Of a stretch of DNA of 64,000 nt, positions 37,373 through 49,280 are shown in pieces. Both the position numbers and the translations under genes were made by a program. The stretch spans positions 153,824,001 through 153,888,000 of the forward strand of contig CM059431.1 of assembly GCA_030390025.1 (NCBI GenBank). Direction: 5' to 3'. Each line of letters begins with the position of its first letter. Position 1 is the stretch's first letter. Source of the DNA: Squalus acanthias. Taxonomy: Eukaryota. The notes beneath the pieces were generated by a model. The model ran no database searches. It saw only the letters and a list, made by a program, of their open reading frames with translations, and was not told the DNA's origin.

Positions 37373-38482
37373 TTAAATTCTGAGAAGGCTGCTGCGAGCT
37401 CTTCCCGACGGTGGGAGGGTACTGACCCTTCCCTCTGATCTGCCGCAGCCTGTTACTGCTGCGATGTGGCCGGTCTGTATCTGGGTTATCTTAACCTTAA
37501 ACTTACGCCTTGGGGCAGTCTGGGGACATGACCACATCCTCCTGGGCTGGGGTTCTCTCCTTGACCTATGGGGAGTTGCTATGGGCGGGGTTTCCGTGAC
37601 GGACGGACCGGGTTCCGAGACTTCCATCGGGATGACCTGGGGTTCCATCACAGTCGCTGGCTCCGCCTCCGCTGACTCCGCCTCCCTAACCTCGGGGCTG
37701 GCAGTTCGTGGCTCCGCCCTGCTCGGCCCAGCAGGCAGCCCTTCACTCGTGATCTCTGCCTCCCCCGAGGACGGGACGTTCAAAGCGGGCGGCCACATCT
37801 CTGGGAGCCACACCGGTACTCTCTGTGCTCCCATAGCGGCTGGCCCTGCCTCCCCTAGCTCCTCCCTCCTGTCTTCGGGACCTGCAGCTTGTGTGTCCAC
37901 CCTGTGTGGATCTCTACCTACAGCCCCCATTCCCTCCAGACCGTTCCTCAGGAACCACCCGTCGTCATCACTATTCCCATCTGCACTATCCTCATCTGAC
38001 CCGGGTACCCTGAATTCTTCCTCATCTAACCCCCAATTCCAGAAAAACGCTGCATGATCGTCCGGGATGTCCCTTCCCCTGATGCAAGCTGCTATGCCTG
38101 CCTGTGTGCCTTGTGGTCCTACCTGGGGCTGTGCTTCCCCACTGGCGGGGTTTACCCCTGTGGTTTTCCCTTGCGCACCTGGCTGGTACAGTTTGCACTG
38201 GTTTGCATCCTCATACTCCCGGCTTTTGGCTACCCTGTAGGCTGCTTTTATCTCACTAAGCTGCGCTTCTAGCCTGAGCACGTCTAACTTTCCCATTGAT
38301 CGGGCGTTCTCCTCCCGCAGGGCCTGCTCTCTAAGCTGCCCTTCCAGCCCATCTATTTTCCCTATTAAGCGGGCGTTCTCCTCCCGCAAGGCCTGCTCTT
38401 TTAACCTGGCCTCCTCACCGCAGACCCCCTCCTGTGCGTGTCTTTTAAAAGGACACAGGTAGGCAGGCTGCGTGGGCTCTAG
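37373..38482 (-). CDS. ORF2 of unknown function in the pol position; in frame with gag after TGA-CTAG
   Basis: Open from the codon after the gag stop (LEPTQPAYLCPF...) to 37373; coiled coil followed by acidic/Pro-rich sequence; no PR, RT, RH or IN motifs. Confidence 0.7.
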   Translation of the reverse strand, partial: LEPTQPAYLCPFKRHAQEGVCGEEARLKEQALREENARLIGKIDGLEGQLREQALREENARSMGKLDVLRLEAQLSEIKAAYRVAKSREYEDANQCKLYQPGAQGKTTGVNPASGEAQPQVGPQGTQAGIAACIRGRDIPDDHAAFFWNWGLDEEEFRVPGSDEDSADGNSDDDGWFLRNGLEGMGAVGRDPHRVDTQAAGPEDRREELGEAGPAAMGAQRVPVWLPEMWPPALNVPSSGEAEITSEGLPAGPSRAEPRTASPEVREAESAEAEPATVMEPQVIPMEVSEPGPSVTETPPIATPHRSRREPQPRRMWSCPQTAPRRKFKVKITQIQTGHIAAVTGCGRSEGRVSTLPPSGRARSSLLRI

Positions 38483-40294
38483 TCATTGGGTACTATTAGA
38501 CGGTCCTGCGGCACCTACGGGGCCGGTTGCGACCGCCACCTGTCCACGTGCATTCAAGACCAGCTTGCGCATGGCTCCTAACACCACTTCGAGTTCGTCA
38601 GGAGGGGTGGGTGCCTTAGCTTCCTTAGCCGGGACAGGCGCCTGGGCTCGGACCGCGGGATTTTTATCCTTGGAATCCTTCCAAGGGTTCCTGCAATGCT
38701 TGCGCCAGTGCCCTGTCTTCCCACACCCGTAACAAGCATTACCTGCCTGTGGGGCGCGATTACCCTCCTGATGCCACTCTCTTTGATACGGGGCTGCGGG
38801 TCGTACCTCATGTACTCTTCCCTTAAGGGGACGTGTTGCCATACCCCTTATATTGCGATAACCTAACGTGAGTCGATTCAAGACCGACTCTTCCGTAATG
38901 TTGGGGTCATTGGGATCAAACCATGCTTTTGCCTGCTCTCTGACGGCTGGTAAACTGTTGGCTATTATGCACCTAAGCCAATGAGTTAAAGCGGTGCCTT
39001 CCACATCTTCGCTCTCGGGCGCACCTAGGCAGCTGCGCTCATATACTGGCCACAGCCTTTCGGCAAAAACCTTCGGGGGTTCTCCCTCCATCTGCACTGT
39101 CTGTCCCACTCTAGCAAACGGACCTTCGTCGTTCGCCCCCAACACTTCCAGGACCTCATTCTTTAATTCCTCATAACTCTTGGTTCCCCTCTTGCTCTCG
39201 CCTTAGAGACACTGAAGGACCGAGCTGTCTAATGAGAACAGCAGCATTTTTGCTGTCTCCCCATCATCGCAGCCGTTAATGGCTGCGTCTTGCTCAACTT
39301 CTCTGAAATGTACGGAAGGGTCGTCTGCCTCGGTCAGCTTCCGTACGTGATTTATCATAGCTCTCAGCTGATGTGAACTGTGAGGCAACACCAGCTGTCC
39401 GAGGAGATCCCCCGGTTCTTCCCCACCGTTTCTGCTTGGGCCCCTTTTAATACCCGTTACTGGATATTACGATCCCTTTCCTACTTCTTTTTCAATGGGC
39501 TCTTTTGTTTCTTCCATTGCTTCCTCCCTAACCCAGGTTTCTGAATAGCTGGGTGGCGCGGAGGGCGCAGTGGCTACTACTTCTTCTGCTTTACTTGGTG
39601 GGGATTTTCTAAATCTCTCATTTACTAGCGGCTGGTGCGCCGACGGATTGATAAGGCACACCATGCCGTTCGCATTGTTCACGGCCTTTTTGAGGTGCTC
39701 TATCTCCCTTTGGCAGGCGCTATGATCGGCTCCCTGAAACTTATCCTCAAGGGCCAACTTATATGCCGCCCTAACCCCCGTCAAGCTCTCTTCTTGAGTT
39801 CTTATCTGGGCAGCTTGGCGGTTACATCTTTCCTTTAACCTGCTCTCATTCAATTTTGCCTCAGTGACCTGGCACTCGAGATAATCTATCCTTGTTTTAA
39901 GGTGACTGGAGACTTCCTGGCTTTCTTGGTGTAACTCATTTAAATTCTTAATGAGCACCTCCCCTCCAGAAACCTTCTCATCCATTTCTCCCTCTAAATG
40001 ACTGATTCGAGCTACTAGCGCTGTAATGGTCTGGTTTGAAATCTGAACCTGCCTTTTGTAACACATAAGCCAGACTGCTTTCTCAAGTGTCTTTCTATGT
40101 TCTTTACTATCTGTCCACCTTTCAGCTGCCTCTAGTGGGCTTTTATCCGCTAACAATTCACTTATCCATTTCTTAGTTAGATTAACCTTTCCAAACACAT
40201 AATCCGCTATCTTTTCCTGCATAACATTTCGTACAGTCATTCCAAAATCTAACACACTACCCTCTCGCTGCCAGTGTCCTGCCGCGGTCGCCAT
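38483..40294 (-). pseudogene. gag: gag (~603 codons) with two in-frame TAA stops (39467-39469, 39203-39205)
   Basis: Three listed ORFs share one frame; coiled coil, PSAPPSY, MHR-like QMEGEPPKVFAERL, CCHC knuckle CYGCGKTGHWRKHC (38693-38734). Confidence 0.9.
40276..40293 (-). promoter_or_regulatory. Primer-binding site (tRNA-Ser-like, tentative)
   Basis: TGGCGACCGCGGCAGGAC begins 5 nt after the 5' LTR; resembles TGGCGTAGTCGGCAGGAT (recalled vertebrate tRNA-Ser complement). Confidence 0.65.
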
Positions 40295-40298
40295 TTTC

Positions 40299-41963
40299 TG
40301 TAAGGGATTCTGACCCTGCGTGTCTCGCAGCCTGTGAGATTCACGCGGCTCTGTGCAGCCTGTATGTCAGTGCGGGTCTAGGCCTTGTTGCCTGTTCTGG
40401 TCTCCAGCCAGTTCTGGGAACACTAGACACACCTGTGAGTGGTTCGAATCACTCTCCCTTACGGTTCTAGACACTGGACTTAGATGCGAGAGCAGCAATA
40501 GAGATGAAACTCATGTAGACTTGGTTTGAATGGTACGAAATGGAAAATCTTTATTGCATGATACTTACCATTATGAAATACATGTCATAAGCACAGATTA
40601 ATGACAGTACAATCTTACAAACAGTTATATAGTCGATCTTAGGGAAACGAGGAACGAACGGCACAAAGTAAATAGGGGCACACATTACAAATATCCTTAA
40701 TCCTTAAACCCTCCCCTATCAATATCTATCCTAAACTAGATTCGTAGGATCTCGAGACTCATGCTCACCACTCGTGATAACTCGGAGAAATTCCGAATAG
40801 CTGATCGGATGTTTTTCACCGCAGCACCCACGTGTTGGTCAGGAGATCTCCTGGTCCCACTTGTTTACTTGCTTCTGCTGCTCCGGCTAGCAGGCTGGAA
40901 CGTCTGCTGTGATGAAGATCTGTATTGGTGGCTTTCACATTCCAGTTACTTTGGGCACAGTCCAGTTATCATCGATGCAATATGTTTCGTTATAAGTTCG
41001 AAGAAGTCTTCCTGGCGAGGAAAACTTGGCTAATCGACCTACAGGCGCGGTCGGGATTTACTGACCGTGGCGATGGATATGGTCTTCCTCTCTTCTCATC
41101 TCATCTCATCTCATCTCTTCTCGGGCCTTTTGGTTCCGATACCGGTTACCAATATAGGTCTTCGTTACGCGACACGAGGTAGATCCGAACGGATCAGAAA
41201 GTTCAACAGTCTTTTCAGAAGAGGCAACAGGCAAGCAGAAGCCCAACTACGAGTACACAGGAGCAGCCACGAGGTTACGAATCGACCGGATAAGAGCACA
41301 GGAGCAGCCACGATGATAAGAGCAGCAAGAGAGAGAATGGACGGTTTGGAGCCTGCAATTATAGTGCAAAATCTTCCGTTTCCCGCCCAACTATAATGTC
41401 CATTCTTTTGTTTAAGGTCTGGCGCTCAAATGTCTTGTATGGGTGATCTCCGTTCTTAATGGGTTTCGGGGCTACTCGTAAATGTCTGAGTACCTTTTAA
41501 TATTTCTCCCATTGTTAAATCGGTCGGTAATCTCCCTGGAGGGGTTTGGGGCTTCCAAGTGTCCTGTATAACTACCTGCTAACGGCTCTCTCATCGTAGA
41601 GTCGTTGGGATTTTACATATTAATGTCTTTTGGATGGGCCCTTGATTACTCGGTACAATGGCTTTCCTTTGTACCTGGGAGACCGATTTCAGTATCTATG
41701 TGTATACTGCAAACCCATAATGTCTCGTGTATTATCTTCACTGTGCTGACTCTTAATCGATCTTGCACAAATGTTTATTGGAACGCCATCTTGTCTGCCT
41801 GTTGAAAAGTCTAGAATGTTCTGTCACGAGGTGCGGCGGCCATTTTACAGGCTGCTTGTGTCCACTTTAAACCTGCCAGCATTCTACTGAAATAAAAGCT
41901 GTTTGAACGAAACTCTGTGTTTTCTCCTTCTTAATAAAATCGCGATATATTGCGAATTCTACA
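40299..41963 (-). repeat. 5' LTR (1665 bp)
   Basis: Direct repeat of 32596-34259 with about ten differences by eye; followed on the minus strand by PBS and gag. Confidence 0.95.
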
Positions 41964-42262
41964 GAAGCTACATCATTAATTAATTTAAAACAGAAATAGA
42001 TAGTTTCCTAGAGGTAAAGGGAATTAGGGCTTACGGTGAGCGGGCAGGAAATTGCACATGAGGCTGAGTTCGGATCGGTCAGGGCCCTGTGGGTGGCGGA
42101 GCGGGCCCAGGGGCTGAGTGGCCGGGTCCTGCACCTACTTCTTGTGTTCTTTAGATTTCAGGTTAGGATCAGATCAGCCATGATCTTATTGAATTGCGGA
42201 GCAGGCTCGAGGGGCCGATTGGCCTACTCCTGCTCCTATTTCTTATGTTCTTATGTTCTTAT
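41964..42262 (+). mobile_element. CR1 LINE 3' end, continuing 31160-32595
   Basis: Resumes gaagctacatcattaat...; ends in the gcaggctcgaggggccg stem-loop and (ttcttatg)n tail. Confidence 0.85.
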
Positions 42263-43949
42263 GTCAATTAACCATGGTAACCTTGTGTGCTAAGACGCAG
42301 CATTAAACTAAAGTCAGGGACTTACACAAATACCAGAAGACTGTGAAAATTATAGAAAGCAATTGAGGTACATAAAGAAAATATTACGAGCTGCAGGAAT
42401 GGGACACGAAAACAATTTCCAATTAATATAACGGCTAATAATAAATAAAGTATGAATATATTAAGTGTGAGACAGTGGCTGATGGAGATGTGCAAGTATC
42501 AATGACAGACACCGGTAATACAGAAATAGTTAACAGTTAACAAGGTAACAGCCGATTTATTCAAAAAAGTACTTTTTATTGTTTTTCACAGCAGAGGAAG
42601 ATGACACAATACCAGTCATAGAAGGGAAACTAAAAATAAATCAAGGAGAGGAACTTACTGTATTCCAAATATTAAAAATGGTAATGGAGGAACTAAATTG
42701 AATTAGGATAGAAGAATCTCCAGGACCTGATAGCTTCCAACATAGGGTATTAAAATAAGCAAGGCGGGGTGGGGGGGGGGGGGGAATTGTACAGGCGTTA
42801 TGTCGAATTCCAAGAAGTATTCGTTAAGGATCAACACGTTAAACTATGAACGTTATAGCAGATTTATTGAAAAAGTAAGTTGTATTGGTTTTCATAGTCG
42901 AGGAAGAGGACAAATTTCCAGTTAAAAAAGAAGGGTACCTAAAATAAGTCAATGGTTACACACAAAAGATGATCGCATAATGAGAGGGCATGGCATTTGA
43001 GGCATCTTTTTGACTTGGGTTAGAAATGGTTAACAAGGTAGGAGGCAGAGTGGGAATAAAAGGTAGGCACTGAGATTGACAGTTTGTATTAACTTGTGTA
43101 TAGAAGGTTGAGGGTGATCTTCTGGAGACGTTAAAAATATTGAAATGATTAAATAGCGTAGATAAAGATAAACTATTTCCTCTGATGGTGGAGTCAATAA
43201 GGAGGATACATAACTGAACCTTAGAAATTGGCCCTAAACCAGTGACACCACACAATTTGCAAAATACCACAAGCGGAACTTTTAACATTAATACAAAAGC
43301 AAAATACTGCGGTTTCTGGAAATCTGACATAAAAACAGAAAATGATGGAAATACTCAGCAAGTCAGGCAGCATCTGTGGTGAGAGAAATAGACTTAACGG
43401 TTCAGGTCGATGACCCTTTGTCAGAACTGCCGAACTGCTGAGTATTTCCAGGATTTTCTGTTTTTATTTTTAACATTGGGTGACTAAGCAAAAAAGAATA
43501 TTGAAGAAAATCATTATCTGACACATCATTGTATGCACCTTTTCTCGAGTCTATAACTGCATTCGGTGATGGCAACATGAGTTGTGCTGTGCAGGTAATG
43601 TTGGATTATGCGCACATTTACTGTGACTCTGGTTTATGTAGAAAAGCTTTGATGTATCCTTTGTGGTTGATGGCGAATCGGACAAGCAGCAGGATGGGGC
43701 AGAAGCAGAGAAGGTAATCAGGCACGGTGCAGATAGAAAGGAAGGGAGGGGGAATTCAGTTATACAGCAGGAAGGTGAATGGATGTGAATAAGATCGAGC
43801 ACGGAGCAGAAGAAAATGTAGGGAAAGGGGCCAATTAGGATTATAGCAGGTGGGGAAGGAATAATGGCTGCGAAGCGAGTTATGGGTAGACAAAGACTGC
43901 ATAACTGCAGGCGTTTAAAGATGCAGAGAGATATTCATCGTGTCCACGC

Positions 43950-45640
43950 CGGCCATTAAGCCCTGTCTATTCTAAGCCCATTTTCCAGCACTTGGTCCAT
44001 AGACTTGTATGCTATGGCGTTTCAAGTGCTCATCTAAATGCTTCTTGAATGTTGTGAGGGCTCCTGCCTCTACCACACTTTCAGGCAGTGAGTTCCAGAT
44101 TCCAACCACCCTCTGGGTGAAAAAGTTTTTCCTCACATACCCTCTGAACCTCCTGCCCCTTAGCTTGAAACGATGCCCCCTGGTTATGCACCACTCTACT
44201 AAGGGTAAAAGTTCCTTTCTATCTACCCTATCTATGCCCCTCATAATTTTGTACACCTCAATCAGGTCCCCCCTCAGCCTTCTCTGCTCTAAGGAAAAAC
44301 CGCAGCTTATCCTGTATATCTTCATAGCTGAAGCGATCCAGCCCATGTAACATCCCGGTGAGTCTGCTGTGCACCCTTTCCAACGCAATCACACCCCTCC
44401 TATAGTGTGGCGACCAGAACTGCACACAGATTTCCAGCTGTGACCTAACTAGCGTTTTGTACAGCTCCATCATAACCTGCCTGCTCTTATATTCTATGCC
44501 TCGGCTAATGAAGGCAGTTATCACATATTCCATTTTAACCAACTGATCTACCTGTCCTGCTGCCTTCTGGGATCTATGTACATGCACACCAATGTCCCTC
44601 TGATCCATTGTACTTCCTAGAATCCTACCATTCATTGTGTATTCCATTGGCTTGTTAGTCACCTCACAATTCTAATGTTTAAATTCCATTTGCCACTGTT
44701 CTGCCCATGTAACCATCCCGTCTATATCGTTCTGTAGCCTGATGCTTCCCTCTTCACTATTTAACACTCCACCAATTTTCGTGTCATCTGCGAACTTACT
44801 GATCATACCTGCTACATTTATATCTAAATCATTAATGTATACTCTAAACAGCAAAGGACCCAGCACCGATCCCTGCGGTGCAACACTGGACACAGACTTC
44901 CAGTCACAAAAACAGCCTTCGACCATCACCCTCTGCCTCCTGCCACTAAGCTAATTTTGGATCCAATGTGCCAAATTGCCCTGGATCCCATGGGCTCTTA
45001 CCTTCTTGACCAGTCTCCCATGTGGTATTTGTCAAATGTCTTACTGAAGTCCATGTAGACTACATCAACTGCACTACCCTCATCCACATACCTAGTCACC
45101 CACACGAAAAAATCAATCAACTTGGTCAGGCATGATCTCCCCCTGACAAAGCCATGCTGACTATCCTTGATTATTCCCTGCTTCTCAAAGTGGAGACTAA
45201 TTCAGTCCCACAGAATAATTTCCAATAATTTCCCTACCACTGATTTTAGTCTCACTGGCCTGTAATTACCTGCTTTATCCCTACTACCCTTCTTGAACAA
45301 TGAAAACGACGTTAGCTGTTCTCCAGTCCTCTGGGACCTTCCCTGTGGCCCGAGAGGTTCAGGAAATTTGTGTCAGACCCCCTGCTATCTCCTCCCTTGC
45401 CTCACACAGCAGCGCGGGATGCATCCCTTCAGGGCCTGAGGATTTATCCACTTTTAACGCTGCTAAAACCGCTAGTACCTCCTCCCTCTCATTACTAATT
45501 TGTTCAAGTATATCACAATCCCCCTGCCTGATTTCTATGCCTACATCACACTTCTCCATAGAGAACACAGATGCAAAATATGAAAATAAAACCTCACCCA
45601 CATAACCGGCTGTACACACTGTTTGCCACTTTGGTCCCTA
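43950..45640 (-). mobile_element. CR1 LINE ORF2 fragment
   Basis: PQGSVLGPLLF, FADDTK and FFTQRVVGIWNSLP motifs. Confidence 0.85.
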
Positions 45641-47259
45641 ATAGACAATCATAGACAATCCCAAAATGGTGGTGGTTGACTTTGATTGTGGACACATCGC
45701 AATTTAGCAATTGAGTAACTCAAAGTAGCTGCTGGCATCAAACGCAATCCCCTTCATGAATGGCAAGTCAGCAGATTGGAAATCGGAGCTGCTGCAGGAT
45801 TCTACGTGCGGTCGCAACAATGATTAAAAAGTGGCAGAGCTACCTCACAACATTTGCTCAATATTTTTGTAAGTATATATATATACTAATGCCACAGAAT
45901 TTTTTTCCGATAATGTCAACATATTTCTCATCAGGACCTCTATATCTCTTTCATTTCACAGACAAATCGGTGTGAAATAAGATTTAGGCAGGGACGTAAA
46001 TCGGCCTCTATCGCACCTGCCATCCCTGAAATGCAATTATTTTGAACTGAATGGAACTGTATGTCGGCTGAAGCTAGAACAGGCGGCCTATGGGATATCA
46101 TCTATTTCCGGCAAAGCCTAAGTCGAATTTCACGCAAGAATTTTCTATCCATTTAATTAATAGTTCTTTCCTGGATTTATGTTCACATGTGAATCACGAT
46201 GCATTTCTGTACATTGAATTCCATCTGCCGTCTGTCTGCTCAATTCCAACTATATTTGTATCCTTCTGTACCTTATTCCATTCATCTTTGAAATATCCCA
46301 TCTTCCTTCATAAAATAATAGATTCATACAGAACACAAGACGGCCATTCGGCCTTTGCATCTATGCATGCTCTTTGAATGAACTAAACAATTAGTCCCAC
46401 GCATCTGCTCTTTCCGCATAATCCTGCCAATTTTCCACCTTGAAATATGAATCCTTTTGAAATTTACTATTGAATCTGCTTCCACCACCCTTTGAGGCAT
46501 TTCATTCCAGATATGACAACTCACTGTGAAACAAAATTCCTCGTTTCTCCCCTGTTTTCTGCCAATTGCCTTAAATCTGTGTCCCCTTGTTACCGACCCT
46601 CCTGCTCGTGGAAATAGTTTATTCTTATATACCCCGCGAAAATCCCTTACAATTTAGCGTTGTATCATCTCCAGGTTTAGCACTTGTGCTTGTGACTCCG
46701 ATCTCTGGATTATTTATAAAGATATTAAACAACAAAGTTATCAAAACAGACCCGTGTGGGAACTCGCTTGTAACATTCTCCCAGGCTGATGACCTCTGAG
46801 ATCAATAAATGTCTCCCCATTTAAACATGTTTCAAGTGATTCCCGCTTTCTTTATTTTCAGTACCAGCTTTTCCAGAGGAACTGTCTCAAAGGCCTTACT
46901 GAAATCAAAGCGCAGCGTCCATTGCATTGCCCCTGTTAAGCTCCTTTGTCAGACTTTCAAACAAAACCAGTAAAATAGATTGGCAAGACCATCCCTTCAT
47001 GAACCTATTTGGGAGATTTTTTTACGATTGTATTTCTATTCAGCTGCTCCAAGATCTTGGGGTGAATTAGGATCTAGGCAGGTAGGCAAAACATGCGGAA
47101 TCGCATTTGCCGTCCGTTATAGGACAAACCTGATATTCAATCTATTGAAGTTAATGGAACTTCATATCAACTGATGTGTATAACATGTGACCCATGCAAT
47201 ACCAACTGCTAGACGTGATATATACCTTAGTGTAATATGCGATACATCTTTTAGTGCAA

Positions 47260-47830
47260 GGTTCATTACTGTGTCAGTGTTAAAATAAATATATCAGTTG
47301 ACAGAGTGCATTCTTTTCTAACTCCAATTGTTGATCTAAACCATTTTGTTATCTTCTTATCTTCTTTGACAGCGCTCAGGTTCATGTTATAGCTTTTTTT
47401 CATAAGTGTGACACATTTCTCAGGGAATACTTTACATCCACAAGACATGCCATATCATTTCCCGCTCGTACAGTGTCAAAGATCTGCATAAAATATATGA
47501 AGTTCCTGTAAAAATGAATGCTGTGTTCCATAAATTTCTTCGAAATCTATCGCACCTGCCAAAAAATAAACAGTTTTTATATTATACTTCGTCCTGCTCT
47601 AAAACCAGCTTGTTCTTGATTAATATCACATCTTTGTATCTTTTCATTCTGCTCTGCAGTGTCGTACTAAATACTTGTCCTGGTATATATACAAGCTGAT
47701 TCGTCTGTAATTGTTGCATTTCCTCTGATTTCCTTTTGCGAAGATTGACTATAATATCGCCTTTCCCAGTCTTCAGTTACTTCCTTTTCTTCATGAATTT
47801 TGTCAAACAGCTTTTGCGCCAATCTACATA
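47260..47830 (-). mobile_element. Decayed RTE-like LINE RT fragment
   Basis: WFRSTIGVRKECTLS resembles the GVRQGCxLSP motif. Confidence 0.5.
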
Positions 47831-48069
47831 TGTTGTTCACCCGCTTGCAACAGTACTGCAATTATATCATCGATACCGGGAGCCTTGTACTTTGCAAACT
47901 TGCAATACAAATAATTACTTCTTATAGAGATCTTAAAAAATTGTTATTCAGTTCTCTTGCAATATTATTTTCTAAATTTCCCTTTGCCATTTTGATGCAT
48001 TTTATATTTGTGGACTCCATTTATAATTGAATCCATCTTAATTATATGCCATGATCTTGAAGATCTTAC

Positions 48070-49280
48070 ATCATAAATCACAGAATCTTACAGCACTGAA
48101 AGAATCATTTCGGCTCATCGTGCCTGTTTCGGCTCTTTGAAAGAGCTATCCAATCAGTCCCACTTCCTCATTCTTTCACAATAGCATTTAAATTTACTCC
48201 CTTCAATTAATTATCCACCCCCTTTTTGAAATTCATGATCGAATCTGCTTCCAACACACTTTCAGGCAGCACATTCCAGATCATATCAACTCGCTGAGTG
48301 AACAAATGTCTTCCTCTCAATTCTTGCTCATTTTATAATTACCTTATTGTGTTGTGTGATTACCGACCCTCCTGCTACTGGAAAAAAAATTATCCCTATG
48401 CACTCTATCAACAGCCTTAATGATTTTGTACGTCTCTATTAAATCGCGTTTAACGTTCTCTGATCTGAGGAGAACAATTCCGGCTTTTCTCGTCTCTCCA
48501 CGTAACTGAAGTCCCTCATCCCTGGTACAATTCTAGCAAATCTGCGCTGCACCCTCTCCATGGCCTTGACATCATTCTTAAAGTGTGGCGCCCATAATTA
48601 GATGTTATATTCCAGCTGAGGCCAAACCACTCATTTATATAGGTTTAGCTGAACTTCTTGCTAATGTACTCCATATCTCTATTTAAAAAAACAAGGATCC
48701 TATATACTTTCTAACAGCCTTATCAACTTGTCCTGCCACATTTAAATATTTATGTAAGTAAACCGCCAGAACTCTCTGTTTCTACACTCCTTTTAAAATT
48801 GTACCATTTATTTTACAATGCATCTCTTCAATCTGCCTTCCAAAAGGCATGAATTAATACTTCTCTGCGTCAAATTTCATCTGGCAAATGTCTGCCCATT
48901 TCACCACCCTGTCTATTTGCTCTTGAATGCTAATATTATAGTCCTCACTGTTTATTATATTTTCGAATTTCGTGTCATTTGCAAGCTGTAAAATGATTCC
49001 CTGCGTACCCAATTCTAGGATATTAATATACATCAAAAAGAGCAGCGGTGCTTACACCGAACCCTTGAGGACACCACCGTATACTTCCCTGTAGTCTTAC
49101 AAACAACTATTCACAACTACTCTCTGGGTTATGTCCCTGAGCTAATTGCATATCCACGCTGCAACTGCCGAATAAAACTGATTGTCTTCAATTTTGCTAA
49201 CAAATCTATTATGTGGTACATTTTCAAACCACTTTTGAAAGTGCATATATACAACCTGAACCACATTCTCCGCATAAATC
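48070..49280 (-). mobile_element. CR1 LINE RT fragment, decayed
   Basis: LANDTKF...KWADICQMKF and VVYMHFQKWFENVPH. Confidence 0.7.

Larger units (their letters stand above)
32596..41963 (-). mobile_element. Env-bearing, pol-less LTR retroelement / endogenous retrovirus (lokiretrovirus-like)
   Basis: TGTA...TACA termini, paired LTRs, GAAG TSD (32592-32595 / 41964-41967), PBS, PPT, gag, ORF2, env. Confidence 0.93.
27346..42810 (+). repeat. Tandem segmental duplication, unit B (expanded by MITE, hairpin, CR1 and LTR element)
   Basis: Similarity to unit A at 27346-29080, 29840-30750, 30995-31150 and 42265-42810. Confidence 0.8.

Noticed and set aside
37464..38057. 197-aa antisense ORF overlapping ORF2
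   Set aside because: Low-complexity Ser/Gly/Pro sequence expected opposite a GC-rich ORF; no motif support.
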